IMG/VR virus record: IMGVR_UViG_3300027749_000034
Length of the DNA: 64,000 bases
DNA from: a virus
Lineage: Duplodnaviria > Caudoviricetes
Reading direction: 5' to 3' (one strand)
Position numbers and translations under genes: made by a program. This document shows positions 18,401 through 27,363 of this stretch, one piece after another. How positions within the stretch are numbered: the stretch's first letter is position 1; each line of letters opens with the position of its first letter. The notes under the pieces are model-generated. The model was given only the letters and a program-made list of their open reading frames with translations, had not been told where the DNA came from and did not search any database.

Positions 18401-18882
18401 ACTCTTGGGTCAGCCGAGAAAAAGTAGAGCAACAAAAGGCTCTGTTATATCGCCACAAGTCAATGGCACAGCAGGTGCTGAACAAAATTGGTAAACCTGG
18501 TGACAAAGTTGTAATGATTGAAAATGAAGAAGAAGCTAGTCCAGAAGAGCAAGGTGCCGCTGATAAAAACATCATTATGCAAATTCGTAAAGTAGCTGAT
18601 TATGAACGACCATCGCCAGTGACATTGGGTGATGGTGAATCAATCACCATTGATGCAGATACAGCTAGAACAATCCTGGCCAAGTTTGACACATTAAAGC
18701 CAGACAGCAAGGCATTGATGCAACAGACATTGAACACCAGCGAAGGATTTCATGAATTATTAAATTACTTCAACAAGCGCAAAGTGCATGAAGATGTAGA
18801 ACTAATAAGTACAGCAATGAAACCAGTCATGGAAGCAGACGCACGAGCCAAGCGACTAATGAAAAAAGTTTTTGGTATTTAA
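15421..18882 (+). CDS. Large modular acidic protein, probable prohead-protease-processed internal head polyprotein
   Basis: Many [ILVM]xE followed by A/S/G/D/E junctions (LSEA, MTES, ISEG, VAEG, LRES, INEMTEA, VAEENINEG, VTEGQLNE, ITEE, VHED, VMEA) separating short domains. Confidence 0.55.
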   Translation: MIRIQLIHQGRVVKTISSRVHESVILEQVKRYDQPVDEIRIVNGELSEAGKGILQHVAKKIIPAALAAGMAMSGANMAHAQNHGSPGQNRDFPGMELSIGQHLATIFAPNYQEIMRQRNYELQTQREVWNAEQAEIRRARVEQARAQGRAEMGLPPAGQNANMHVYDQARTSSDGKYFIIYGMDNSITKIPVQGTEFMPGDSQRLPHYIAPSGRVFYVRHPAGTMTESIISEGTWALPDSPEAVDELTALMQQPLAASFAADKLYSLVGDDHLFDLIAGMKEQNPGQNIWKNPAVAKRFYELGIEMNVAEGFGTIGTIPASGTGGRGQSPSGHAEPMSDDEDEMNLSPGSAQDNQVPQTGTQQTGKSTTLHIDQNGNLALGDEEDPKNLRESTDDLVNIIMGHQADVKKYTGGNGSNMSSALSQELQAYYNTNDFAKQFDSDLAAIFKAADQHAPAQESINEMTEAGLKAILDQYADSFAKFKAGGEIDDNVDFYEALYSYYSDAGEMPYGTQKARDGDPVQWIADRLDAETGMMPVAEENINEGAEFGAYYSEQLAQKVFDQNPNLSCEGKCEELLDAAWPIAVADLGRKRAQYEFGYNEDFPSDFVSAYIHLQKQSQGVTEGQLNEFNSSVYVVNYIDNDSGEEKQLKIGAYSADDAKAKALAKLRANGIDASVTGTTGGETDTGDNGAREWKQVMLRKFAHDQLKTEYEWAAQYDVFMTKEQILEYIDVQATDKKLTPLEFMHNNGYEQENLFKGFLNRLIKAGFSKQMLLSMWKSFRKTGSVGNVGPGTTSAMATALLKNKLGETANITEEDEEGNYGYDIKSEYMGNRDFELLIQNMRKPGSKPVQVFLRVLGVGEWSLSQYSLDSFQLKGGVKPVGIQNGVNGNHPMYQAIFNHFDLDTKMWKFLGEIYRHDSVQYDRDEDYQAAGWPGVPMPPQLQATDAGEYIDKHNDAEDQTQAAISAAMSASKRKPATEAFTIQRGDKFLVGGNSWVSREKVEQQKALLYRHKSMAQQVLNKIGKPGDKVVMIENEEEASPEEQGAADKNIIMQIRKVADYERPSPVTLGDGESITIDADTARTILAKFDTLKPDSKALMQQTLNTSEGFHELLNYFNKRKVHEDVELISTAMKPVMEADARAKRLMKKVFGI

Positions 18883-18883
18883 A

Positions 18884-20935
18884 ATGAAATTCTTCAGTGA
18901 AATTAAAAATCGAGTAAACGAAGCACCTCACTATCCAGAGGATCCGGATGAATGGAATGCCATGTTTGGTGCCCGTAAAAAGAAACCACAGGGTGATCCA
19001 GAAGATTATGAACCACGCACCTCTCCTGCTCAACAGGCGGCCGACGACGAAGAAGCTTTGAGTCAAAAGCTTCAGGCACAGCACAAGGCATTTGCACAAA
19101 AGCGCAAGGTTGAGTATGTTGATCAAGAAGGTGCCGCACCCAATGGGCAACGATACAATAAACTGTATGTGATCAATGCCAAGGACATGCAGACTGCCAA
19201 CCATGAAGAATATCTGTTTGACAAGCACGAGTGGGGTGCAAAGAAAGTGGTTGATGTTAAAAAACAACAAAATGAAGATGGTTCCGTAACTGCTACCTTG
19301 TACATTGTGGACAATCACAAGTATGGTACTTGGAAGCCATGGAAAAATATGCCGGCAAAAGAAGGCGTCAGTGCAGATACGCTGGAAGAAAGCGAAGAAG
19401 ACAATCCGGTACTGGGTGCCATCATTCATCGTATCATGGTTGGCCGTACAGATCTGTTGAGCAAGTTTGGTCCCGAGCGTATCATGGCCGCTGCCGAAGA
19501 TGTTGCAGACTTCGTTGGTGATGTGGAAGAAATTGGTAGCAGTGATGTCAGTGGCTGGGTCAAACAAGTTGAGAACAGTTTAAAAGATGCACAGTTGCCA
19601 GATGATGAACAGGAGAAAGTTACTGAGGCGCCATTCGGCCCAGAGAAAGATTTCCGTGCGGCAGCATTAAAGAAATACCCTGATGCCAAATTTAGAAGGA
19701 CGCAAGATTCAAGCAGGGACCTTACAGCATACAAACCCACTCCAAAACCTGCAGGGCATGTAAATGCAGTGCATGGTAAGCACTGGGGCAAAGAAGTCGG
19801 ATCGCGCAATGGATACATAGGGTTGTGGGATGTAAAGGAAGAACAGGAAGCAGATATGAAATCAAGTAACACAGGTTACAACAATATGTTGGCTGTTATG
19901 AAAGCAGTTGACGCAGGTGAAGATGCCACTTTCAATCTAGGTGGCGAACCCATCACGCTTGAATATCCAGAAGCTCGCTTCTTGTCAGGCAAATACAAAG
20001 CTTTCTTGAAAGCAGGTCGCCAAGAAGAATTTTTGCAGTACATGAGCAGTCCTGTGGCATTTGATCGTCTAATGCTACAGTTGCGTCATATGATCGACAA
20101 GCAAAAGAATTTTAAAGGTAGTGTGCCTGGTGAACGCGGTGTTGAGGAAGACGCAAGAACTTTTGCACCATTGAGTAAAGATCAATATTTGGCTCAAAAG
20201 AAGGCACTACAGGATATACAACTTGATCCGGAAACAGCAAACGATCCTGAACTTAGAAAAGAATTAATGCATAGGACTGGCGCATTGCGAAAGCAAGCAG
20301 TAGCATCTGGACTTATTGGAGTAGAAGAAGACGCTCCTGCCTTGGCCAAAATGGCAGGTGGACTTGGTCTAGGCCTTGTAGCGGCCGCAGGTGCGCCAGC
20401 CATTGTTGGCATCTTGGGCCCGTTGCTGGGTATTCCGTTTGCCGCTTACGGTGCTTACAGCGCGGCCAAAATGGGCATGGCAGGTGTTGAAAAACTATGG
20501 GACATGGCCACAGACAAACTGGGCGGGTCTGACAAAGTTGAACAGTATGCTACAGCTCAGATTGCCAAGTTGCCTCCAGAAAAAGCCAAAGCCGCCAATG
20601 CTGTGATTAAACAAGTGGCCGAAAGCAGAAAGACTGTAGAAAGCACTGGGCCGGCAAAAATGATTAGTCGTGGCGGCAAAGACATGGACGAAAGTGCTCC
20701 ACCAAACTTTCCAATGGATTTAGAAAAGAAGCTGTTGGCACAATATAAAAATGATCCAGGCCGGGCTTATGCAACAATGTGGACTTTACACAACAAACAA
20801 AAGCCCAAGACAGAAAGCCTAAAAGCGTTGCCAGCAGTAAATGAAAACGAATACTGGTGTGGCAACGGCAGAATGGCCAAACCAATCCCAACAGGATACA
20901 AGAAGTTATCCAATGGATACCTAACAAGGAAATAA
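18884..20935 (+). CDS. Modular probable internal head polyprotein with hydrophobic segment
   Basis: Start MKFFSEIKNRVNEA; junctions LEES, VTEA, VKEE, GVEEDA (twice), VAES, VNEN; Gly/Ala-rich TM-like stretch. Confidence 0.55.
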   Translation: MKFFSEIKNRVNEAPHYPEDPDEWNAMFGARKKKPQGDPEDYEPRTSPAQQAADDEEALSQKLQAQHKAFAQKRKVEYVDQEGAAPNGQRYNKLYVINAKDMQTANHEEYLFDKHEWGAKKVVDVKKQQNEDGSVTATLYIVDNHKYGTWKPWKNMPAKEGVSADTLEESEEDNPVLGAIIHRIMVGRTDLLSKFGPERIMAAAEDVADFVGDVEEIGSSDVSGWVKQVENSLKDAQLPDDEQEKVTEAPFGPEKDFRAAALKKYPDAKFRRTQDSSRDLTAYKPTPKPAGHVNAVHGKHWGKEVGSRNGYIGLWDVKEEQEADMKSSNTGYNNMLAVMKAVDAGEDATFNLGGEPITLEYPEARFLSGKYKAFLKAGRQEEFLQYMSSPVAFDRLMLQLRHMIDKQKNFKGSVPGERGVEEDARTFAPLSKDQYLAQKKALQDIQLDPETANDPELRKELMHRTGALRKQAVASGLIGVEEDAPALAKMAGGLGLGLVAAAGAPAIVGILGPLLGIPFAAYGAYSAAKMGMAGVEKLWDMATDKLGGSDKVEQYATAQIAKLPPEKAKAANAVIKQVAESRKTVESTGPAKMISRGGKDMDESAPPNFPMDLEKKLLAQYKNDPGRAYATMWTLHNKQKPKTESLKALPAVNENEYWCGNGRMAKPIPTGYKKLSNGYLTRK

Positions 20936-20936
20936 A

Positions 20937-21554
20937 ATGGAAATCACAGTAGAAATTTTACAAGCTTGTATACCACAAGCCAAGGCCGCAAGACTAGAAA
21001 TGTTTTGTGAAGGATTCAATGAAACCTTTGAACACTTTGATATTAGCAATCCGGCTCGTATGGCCATGTTTCTTGCACAGACTGCACATGAAAGCGGAAA
21101 CTTTAATGCAGTAGAAGAAAACTTGAATTATGCCGCCAAAGCATTGATGGCATTTTGGCCCAAGCGTTTTGCTGGTGTAGCAGATGCGTATGCTCGTAAA
21201 CCAGAAATGATTGCCAATCGTGCCTACTGTGATCGTATGGGCAATGGCAACGAAGCGTCAGGCGAAGGCTACATGTACCGCGGTCGTGGCATTATTCAAT
21301 TGACTGGCAAAGAAAATTATACCAAATGCGGCGACGCACTGGGCTTGGATCTAGTAAGCGATCCTGATCAAGTGGCACAGAATCCAGTGGCTATTCTGTC
21401 AGCAGGTTGGTTTTGGGATACTAGAAAACTAAATGCTGTCAGCGATACAGGTGATGTAGAACGAGCAACCAAGTTGATCAACGGTGGCACAATTGGCCTC
21501 AAAGAGCGAGGCGAACACTTCCATCACATATTGCAAGTATTGCAATCAATCTAA
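20937..21554 (+). CDS. Glycoside hydrolase family 19 endolysin (chitinase-like lysozyme)
   Basis: FLAQTAHES, YRGRGIIQLTGKENY, AGWFW and TKLINGG motifs. Confidence 0.92.
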   Translation: MEITVEILQACIPQAKAARLEMFCEGFNETFEHFDISNPARMAMFLAQTAHESGNFNAVEENLNYAAKALMAFWPKRFAGVADAYARKPEMIANRAYCDRMGNGNEASGEGYMYRGRGIIQLTGKENYTKCGDALGLDLVSDPDQVAQNPVAILSAGWFWDTRKLNAVSDTGDVERATKLINGGTIGLKERGEHFHHILQVLQSI

Positions 21555-21564
21555 GGAATAAAAA

Positions 21565-22557
21565 ATGAGTAAGATTATAAATTTATGTAAGGTGCCTGGT
21601 GACAATACAATGTCTAATGGGCCAAGCGACCACGGAACTCCAACTGCAATCGGAACTACAGATTGGAATTGGGCATGGTCCGGAGCAAACGAAGCTAGTT
21701 TAAATTTAACTAGTAACCAGCGCGGCGGCGAGGCGCATATAAATGTAGCAATTACAACTACCACTGGCGATAGGAATATTGTAATGCAAATTAAAAATGC
21801 ACTCATTGCTGATGGTACTGTGACTCTTTGGAATAACAATGCCGGACAAGGAAATGGCCTACCTGACCTGCTTGCTGGTTTTGATTTGAGTACTCTGGTT
21901 GGAAAAACTCTATACCAAGAAACCACCGACCCAACCACTCGCAATAACACTATCACTTCTGTTGATAGTTTAGGCAACGGAGCATATAGATTTCATGTGT
22001 CTGGCGGTGGTGGTGCAATTGGAGCAAGTACCGGTGGCACAAATATTTCCTGCACTATCAAAGCCGGTACAGGTGCTACAGGTTTATCAATTGTACTAGG
22101 ACCAGATCAAAGTTTTACAAATGATAAAGCCAAAGTTGGTGATACATTTCTTGTATATAGCGATTGGCTAGGTGCTGGTAGTGGGGGTGCAAGTGCTACT
22201 ATTACTGTTTCTGCCATTGATGCAGTGGCGGCAACAACCGCTGATATTATTGCTAGAGTAACAGGATTCGCAACTGCCAAGGCAGTTTCGGCTATGAAAG
22301 TATGGAACGATCGTAGTTATCGTATTACCAATACTGATGGTACTGGCGCATGTAAATTAGTTGCGGCCGCTCCAGGCGCAGGTGAGATGAATATGATTGC
22401 CACTGATTCAGCCGGTAACACATATTATGTTACCAGACTGTTTGAATGTTTGGCTGTGGTCACACAAAAGACCGGTAGCTCACATCAATTTGCAACTGGT
22501 TCAAGAGTAAAGTGGAACGAAAGTGCCGCAGTACTAAACACATCAGTTAAGATCTAA
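21565..22557 (+). CDS. Probable virion structural protein (Gly/Thr/Ser-rich, beta-rich)
   Basis: Composition, AGGA SD and late-gene context only. Confidence 0.4.
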   Translation: MSKIINLCKVPGDNTMSNGPSDHGTPTAIGTTDWNWAWSGANEASLNLTSNQRGGEAHINVAITTTTGDRNIVMQIKNALIADGTVTLWNNNAGQGNGLPDLLAGFDLSTLVGKTLYQETTDPTTRNNTITSVDSLGNGAYRFHVSGGGGAIGASTGGTNISCTIKAGTGATGLSIVLGPDQSFTNDKAKVGDTFLVYSDWLGAGSGGASATITVSAIDAVAATTADIIARVTGFATAKAVSAMKVWNDRSYRITNTDGTGACKLVAAAPGAGEMNMIATDSAGNTYYVTRLFECLAVVTQKTGSSHQFATGSRVKWNESAAVLNTSVKI

Positions 22558-22575
22558 TAAATAAACTTAACACGG

Positions 22576-22619
22576 CCCAAGTCACTGCGGAGTAGCTCTC
22601 CTGGCACACTTGGGTTTTT
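22576..22619 (+). terminator. Long imperfect hairpin with U tract (intrinsic terminator or small RNA 3' end)
   Basis: CCCAAGT (22576) pairs with ACTTGGG (22608); inner GGAG/CTCC; followed by TTTTT. Confidence 0.55.
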
Positions 22620-22626
22620 CTTTGGC

Positions 22627-22634
22627 TATAAGTA
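22627..22634 (+). promoter_or_regulatory. Late promoter TATAAGTA, 4 nt before ATG 22639
   Basis: No SD between box and ATG. Confidence 0.55.
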
Positions 22635-22638
22635 TCGC

Positions 22639-23955
22639 ATGGACAGTATTATATTGTATGGCGATAAAATTGAAAGAAACATAGATGGAAACAATCTGTT
22701 TGCACAATGGCATGGTTACCTAGAGCAGGATATTTGGAATCTAGATGATGATACAGAACACTTTACTCGGCATCCACTCATTGGTGCGGGCATATTTAAA
22801 TACTTTAATTGCCCAATAGAAATTCAACCCTTGGATCAGTTTGTGTCGGGTCGTCAGGGTGTTATACCAATTGGCTTGCTGGGCGGATGGAATGTCAACA
22901 AGTTAAAATACATCAAGCATTGGCTCACTCATCCATCACGCCGAGCGGCCTGGAATGATCCTGCTTGTCAAATTGTAATTGATTACAGCCTAGAAGGATT
23001 TACTGAAGAAGTATTTCCAGAGTTATGGCAGTGGATAGAAGACAATGACCTACACAATAGAATTCTCTATGTCAGCAGTAGCTACAATGTAGAGCAGTTA
23101 TATTTTCAGTGGTGTGATAAAGCTGGAGTGCGTACAAATATGCGAACAAGTTGGTATGGATTTTTCATCAACTGGATCAACAGAGACCGAGCGTTTTCAG
23201 CAGTCAAACCAGAACTACAACAAGCCCATTGGCAACAGGGCCATGCTAGATACATGTGTCTTAATCGTCGACCGCATGTGCATAGAATATTGTTGCTGAC
23301 TCTGCTTGAACGATTCGATTTAATTGAACATGGCGGAGTAAGTATGCCACGCAACTTTGAAGATGAAATTGATGGATTTGACAAACATGCATTTGATATT
23401 CCATATCAATGGCAGTGGCTCAAAGATGCACTCAATGGAAGCATTGATAACTTAGATGCTGACTTTGATCGCATGTGGGCTCGCTTGCCATTGATTGCAG
23501 ACACTGACAACTTTAAAAAGAATCATGCGTTGGACATCAATGAAGAATACTACACACAGTTTCCCATCAACATTGTAAGTGAGACATTCTTCTTCAGCGA
23601 GTCAGTGTTTGCCAGTGAGAAAGTTTGGAAGCCCATGCTGATTGGACAAATATTTCTTGCAATGGCCCCTGCATTTTATCTGCAAAGTCTAAGAGCAATT
23701 GGATTCCAAACTTTTAGTCCTTGGATCAATGAAGAATACGACCTAATTACCGACCATGTTGAACGGGCAATTGAACTGATGCGTGTGTTAAAGGGCCTGG
23801 TCAAACTTGGCGATGCTGAATTTGCACAACTGTTGGCTTGCTGTGAATCTGCTATACAGCACAATAGACAAATCCTCATGGACACTGACAGAATCAACAA
23901 ACTGATTGGGTCACAGGTAATTCCTGCAATTGAATCCTACTGGGCTACGGCCTAA
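22639..23955 (+). CDS. Putative glycosyltransferase-like protein (GT-B-like), paralog of 26036..27334
   Basis: LNRRPHVHR and INIVSET...SEKVWKP...IGFQTF motifs shared with 26036..27334. Confidence 0.5.
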   Translation: MDSIILYGDKIERNIDGNNLFAQWHGYLEQDIWNLDDDTEHFTRHPLIGAGIFKYFNCPIEIQPLDQFVSGRQGVIPIGLLGGWNVNKLKYIKHWLTHPSRRAAWNDPACQIVIDYSLEGFTEEVFPELWQWIEDNDLHNRILYVSSSYNVEQLYFQWCDKAGVRTNMRTSWYGFFINWINRDRAFSAVKPELQQAHWQQGHARYMCLNRRPHVHRILLLTLLERFDLIEHGGVSMPRNFEDEIDGFDKHAFDIPYQWQWLKDALNGSIDNLDADFDRMWARLPLIADTDNFKKNHALDINEEYYTQFPINIVSETFFFSESVFASEKVWKPMLIGQIFLAMAPAFYLQSLRAIGFQTFSPWINEEYDLITDHVERAIELMRVLKGLVKLGDAEFAQLLACCESAIQHNRQILMDTDRINKLIGSQVIPAIESYWATA

Positions 23956-23986
23956 ACTAAATATCTAAACATTAAATACTGCTTAA

Positions 23987-25462
23987 ATGAAAAAAACCGA
24001 ATTTGCCAAACGAATGATTCACATCAAAAGTGAATTAGACAAAGTAAGTCCAACCTATTGCGTGGCCAAGTGGCAACAGGTTACAATCCACTTGGCCACA
24101 GGACAAACACATTCGTGTCATCATCCACAGACTCATCGAGTTCCATTGGCTGAAGTGGCTGTTAACCCAAGCGCACTACACAATACATGGTATAAGAAAA
24201 CGCTACGCAAAGAAATGCTAGAAGGTATTCGCCCAGGTGAATGTGATTACTGCTGGCGAGCTGAAGATGCGCCCGGAGATCACTACAGTGATCGTATTAA
24301 AAAGTCAGCTGACGATAGCTGGGCTACTCCATATCTAGAGTCCAGCGCACAGATGCCATGGGACGCAGATGTGCAACCAAGTTATGTTGAAGTAAGTTTC
24401 AGTAATGCTTGTAATTTTGGTTGCGGGTACTGTAGTCCAGAAATCAGCAGTACCCTAATGGAAACTGCCAAGCGGCATGGACCAATCATGCTGACCAAAA
24501 CAAGTGATCATGACATCAATTGGCTCCGAGATGCCAACCGTATGCCTATTCCAAATAAAGATGTGAATCCCTATGTGGAGGCCTGGTGGAAATGGTGGCC
24601 CACACTATATCCCAATCTACGCACATTTCGTATCACTGGCGGTGAACCCTTACTGAGCAAAGAAACATTTAGAACACTGGATTGGATCATTGAAAATCCC
24701 AATCCCAATCTTGATCTGGCCATCAACACTAACCTGGGTGCTGATCAAAAGGTGTTGGACAAGTTCTTTGACAAGTGTAAACTGATCAAAGATGGCAACA
24801 TGGTCAAGCGTCTACAAATTTTTACCAGCTGTGACACCTGGGGTGATCAAGCAGAGTATATTCGACAAGGGCTAGACTATCAAAAATGGTACTACAACCT
24901 ATGGAATCTGTCACTGCGCTATCCAACGCTGGACATCACCATCATGTGTACTTTTAATCTGTTAAGCATACCCAAATTTAAATTGTTCTTGAATGATATA
25001 TTGAGTATTCGCCGTAGTGCAACTACAATTGACAAGCCCAATGGTATTCGTGGAATCAATCTGGACTTTCCTTATCTCAGGCACCCTAGATATCTAAGTG
25101 CATTGATTGCAGATGATCATATGACTGGACAGTTGATCAACACACTTGCCTGGGCCAAGAGTAATATTGCCAAATTTGATGAGTTTGAATTTCACGATGG
25201 TTTTTATCCACATGAAATAGATAACCTGCAACGACTTGTCAATATCATTGAAGCAGAGAATCCCAATCAAACTGAAAACATTACAGCAAGGCATGACTTC
25301 TATTTGTTTGTTACACAATTTGATGCTAGAAATAATTTAAACTTCTTAAAGACATTTCCAGAGTTTGAAGCATTCTATACAAGATGCCGAGAAGAATATG
25401 AAGCCAGTAAGGCGGCCAAAGAACTTGCAATAGTTGGTCAAGGATTAGAAGATGGGTTATAG
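23987..25462 (+). CDS. Radical SAM protein with N-terminal Cys/His auxiliary cluster
   Basis: CNFGCGYC, ITGGEPLL, INTN; N-terminal CVAKW...SCHH...CDYC; TAAATA boxes at 23958 and 23973. Confidence 0.85.
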   Translation: MKKTEFAKRMIHIKSELDKVSPTYCVAKWQQVTIHLATGQTHSCHHPQTHRVPLAEVAVNPSALHNTWYKKTLRKEMLEGIRPGECDYCWRAEDAPGDHYSDRIKKSADDSWATPYLESSAQMPWDADVQPSYVEVSFSNACNFGCGYCSPEISSTLMETAKRHGPIMLTKTSDHDINWLRDANRMPIPNKDVNPYVEAWWKWWPTLYPNLRTFRITGGEPLLSKETFRTLDWIIENPNPNLDLAINTNLGADQKVLDKFFDKCKLIKDGNMVKRLQIFTSCDTWGDQAEYIRQGLDYQKWYYNLWNLSLRYPTLDITIMCTFNLLSIPKFKLFLNDILSIRRSATTIDKPNGIRGINLDFPYLRHPRYLSALIADDHMTGQLINTLAWAKSNIAKFDEFEFHDGFYPHEIDNLQRLVNIIEAENPNQTENITARHDFYLFVTQFDARNNLNFLKTFPEFEAFYTRCREEYEASKAAKELAIVGQGLEDGL

Positions 25463-26039
25463 AACAGAGATATTAGGATGGATGACAGAACACGAACTCA
25501 AGACTCTTGAGCAGTTGGCAAAACAAGTTCCAGTGAACGGAAACATTTTAGAAATTGGATCTATGTTTGGGCGTAGTGCAGTTTGTTGGGCCATGAGTGC
25601 TGATCCGAGTGTTACTATATCCTGCATTGATTGGTTTTTAAATGACATGGTGCAAAATCATAGTATTGCCAAAGAATTTTGTGTAGAGCAATCATTTCCA
25701 CTGCCAGGAGTAATGTATGATGTGGAACACGCATTTATACAAAACACAAAGGAATTTACAAACATTAAACGATTCAAAGGAAGTAGTCCACATGATCTAG
25801 GTGGTTATGTTCCAGAGATGATTGATTTGTTTTTCCTTGACGCGGCCCATATTAACCCCAGTGACTGGGACAACTTGACTTATTTTCTGCCGCATGTTAA
25901 CACTAGCGGAATAATTTGTGGGCATGATTACAGTGACGATTGCCCGCATGTCAAAGAAAATGTTCTCAGACTAGAAGGTATAATTGGCACAAAGGCAATT
26001 GTATATCCGGGCACCTTAATTTGGTCAATTAAAAAATGA
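25452..26039 (+). CDS. Class I SAM-dependent methyltransferase (Methyltransf_24-like)
   Basis: ILEIGSMFGRS, FLDAAH, ICGHDY. Confidence 0.82.
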   Translation: MGYRTEILGWMTEHELKTLEQLAKQVPVNGNILEIGSMFGRSAVCWAMSADPSVTISCIDWFLNDMVQNHSIAKEFCVEQSFPLPGVMYDVEHAFIQNTKEFTNIKRFKGSSPHDLGGYVPEMIDLFFLDAAHINPSDWDNLTYFLPHVNTSGIICGHDYSDDCPHVKENVLRLEGIIGTKAIVYPGTLIWSIKK

Positions 26040-27334
26040 TACAGTTTGCTTTTCAAAATTGGAGTACAGAACACGACTGGTGGATTCCAAATACTATATC
26101 ACCCGACATGCTAGTTGATGGTGTTAAAGCTTTGCCGCCAACACATAGTTTCCAATGGTTTGAAATACCTGAAGTATTTCACGACCAAATCTTTGGCGCT
26201 CACCGAGATGAACTCGAAGCCTTTAATTATCCGGCAAAGCGAGATGAGTTCTTGTACAGCAATGATAATGTGCGCTACTCATTACTTTCTACCTTGGATG
26301 ACAAGAAATACATTTATCCAATTTGCATCAGAAATACCAGTTATTTCAATGATTATAAAAACATTGGATTTGATTTAATTGATCCAAAAGTCTTTGCTGA
26401 TGTTAAAGCTGGCCGTGCTAAAATTGTGTTATTGTTTCCGCTAGAAGGAACCAGCGGAAGTCTTTCATTTGAAAATGATTATGAGATTTTAAACGGCTGG
26501 TGTATCAAGCATGGATTAAAAAGAAATCAAGTATATTACATTCATGGAAATTGTAAAGGACCAATATCAAGTGTTAATTTTAATTTTACACCAATTGTAA
26601 GTGAGAGTTTTATATGCTGGGTTCCGCAACTATTAGATCAGCCTATCGCATATCGGCCCAGTGACAAATTCTTTTTAAGTTATAATCGTAGACCAAGACC
26701 ACATAGAGTAATATTATTGTGTGAAATAATTAAAAGGAATCTTGTCAGCAAAGGATTAATTAGCTACTGGGGGGACGATATTAGAGATAGCGTCAGCAGA
26801 GTTATTAAACATGGCCGTCCAGATTTAGAACCACAGGCGCTAAATCTGGACAAGTTGATTCCACTTGAAATTGATAAAAATTTAGGTCAACATAATCCAG
26901 CCTGGGACTTAATCCCAGAGCACTATCAGCAAACATTTCTATCAGTTCTACCTGAGACATTGTTTGACGTAGGTACAATTTTCTTCAGTGAAAAGACATG
27001 GAAAACTATTGTCGCTGGGCACCCGTTTATAATGATAGGTAGTCCAGGAATGTTGAAGGAATTGCGTAATCAAGGCTACTACACTTTTGGATCTTTCTGG
27101 GACGAAAGCTACGACAACGAACCAGACTTGGGGAAACGAATACAAATGGCAATGGACGAATGTTACCGATTGTCATTTCTATCCGATGAAAAACTAATGT
27201 ACTTGCGGGAGCAAATGTTACCAATTCTAATACATAATCAACAATTGTTCAACGAGCGGCATAGAAAAAAGTGCTTGCCATCTGTTGAGCAAGGACTCTT
27301 TACGCTCGTTGAACAGATTTGGAACTTGTTCTAA
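26036..27334 (+). CDS. Putative glycosyltransferase-like protein, paralog of 22639..23955
   Basis: YNRRPRPHR, SVLPET...FSEKTWK...GHPF...GYYTF. Confidence 0.5.
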   Translation: MIQFAFQNWSTEHDWWIPNTISPDMLVDGVKALPPTHSFQWFEIPEVFHDQIFGAHRDELEAFNYPAKRDEFLYSNDNVRYSLLSTLDDKKYIYPICIRNTSYFNDYKNIGFDLIDPKVFADVKAGRAKIVLLFPLEGTSGSLSFENDYEILNGWCIKHGLKRNQVYYIHGNCKGPISSVNFNFTPIVSESFICWVPQLLDQPIAYRPSDKFFLSYNRRPRPHRVILLCEIIKRNLVSKGLISYWGDDIRDSVSRVIKHGRPDLEPQALNLDKLIPLEIDKNLGQHNPAWDLIPEHYQQTFLSVLPETLFDVGTIFFSEKTWKTIVAGHPFIMIGSPGMLKELRNQGYYTFGSFWDESYDNEPDLGKRIQMAMDECYRLSFLSDEKLMYLREQMLPILIHNQQLFNERHRKKCLPSVEQGLFTLVEQIWNLF

Positions 27335-27363
27335 TAAATACATACTTAATATTAAGGATAATC

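Noticed and set aside
18827-19567. 246-aa minus-strand ORF
   Set aside because: Phe/Ile-rich mirror of the Lys/Glu-rich plus-strand gene; no promoter or SD.
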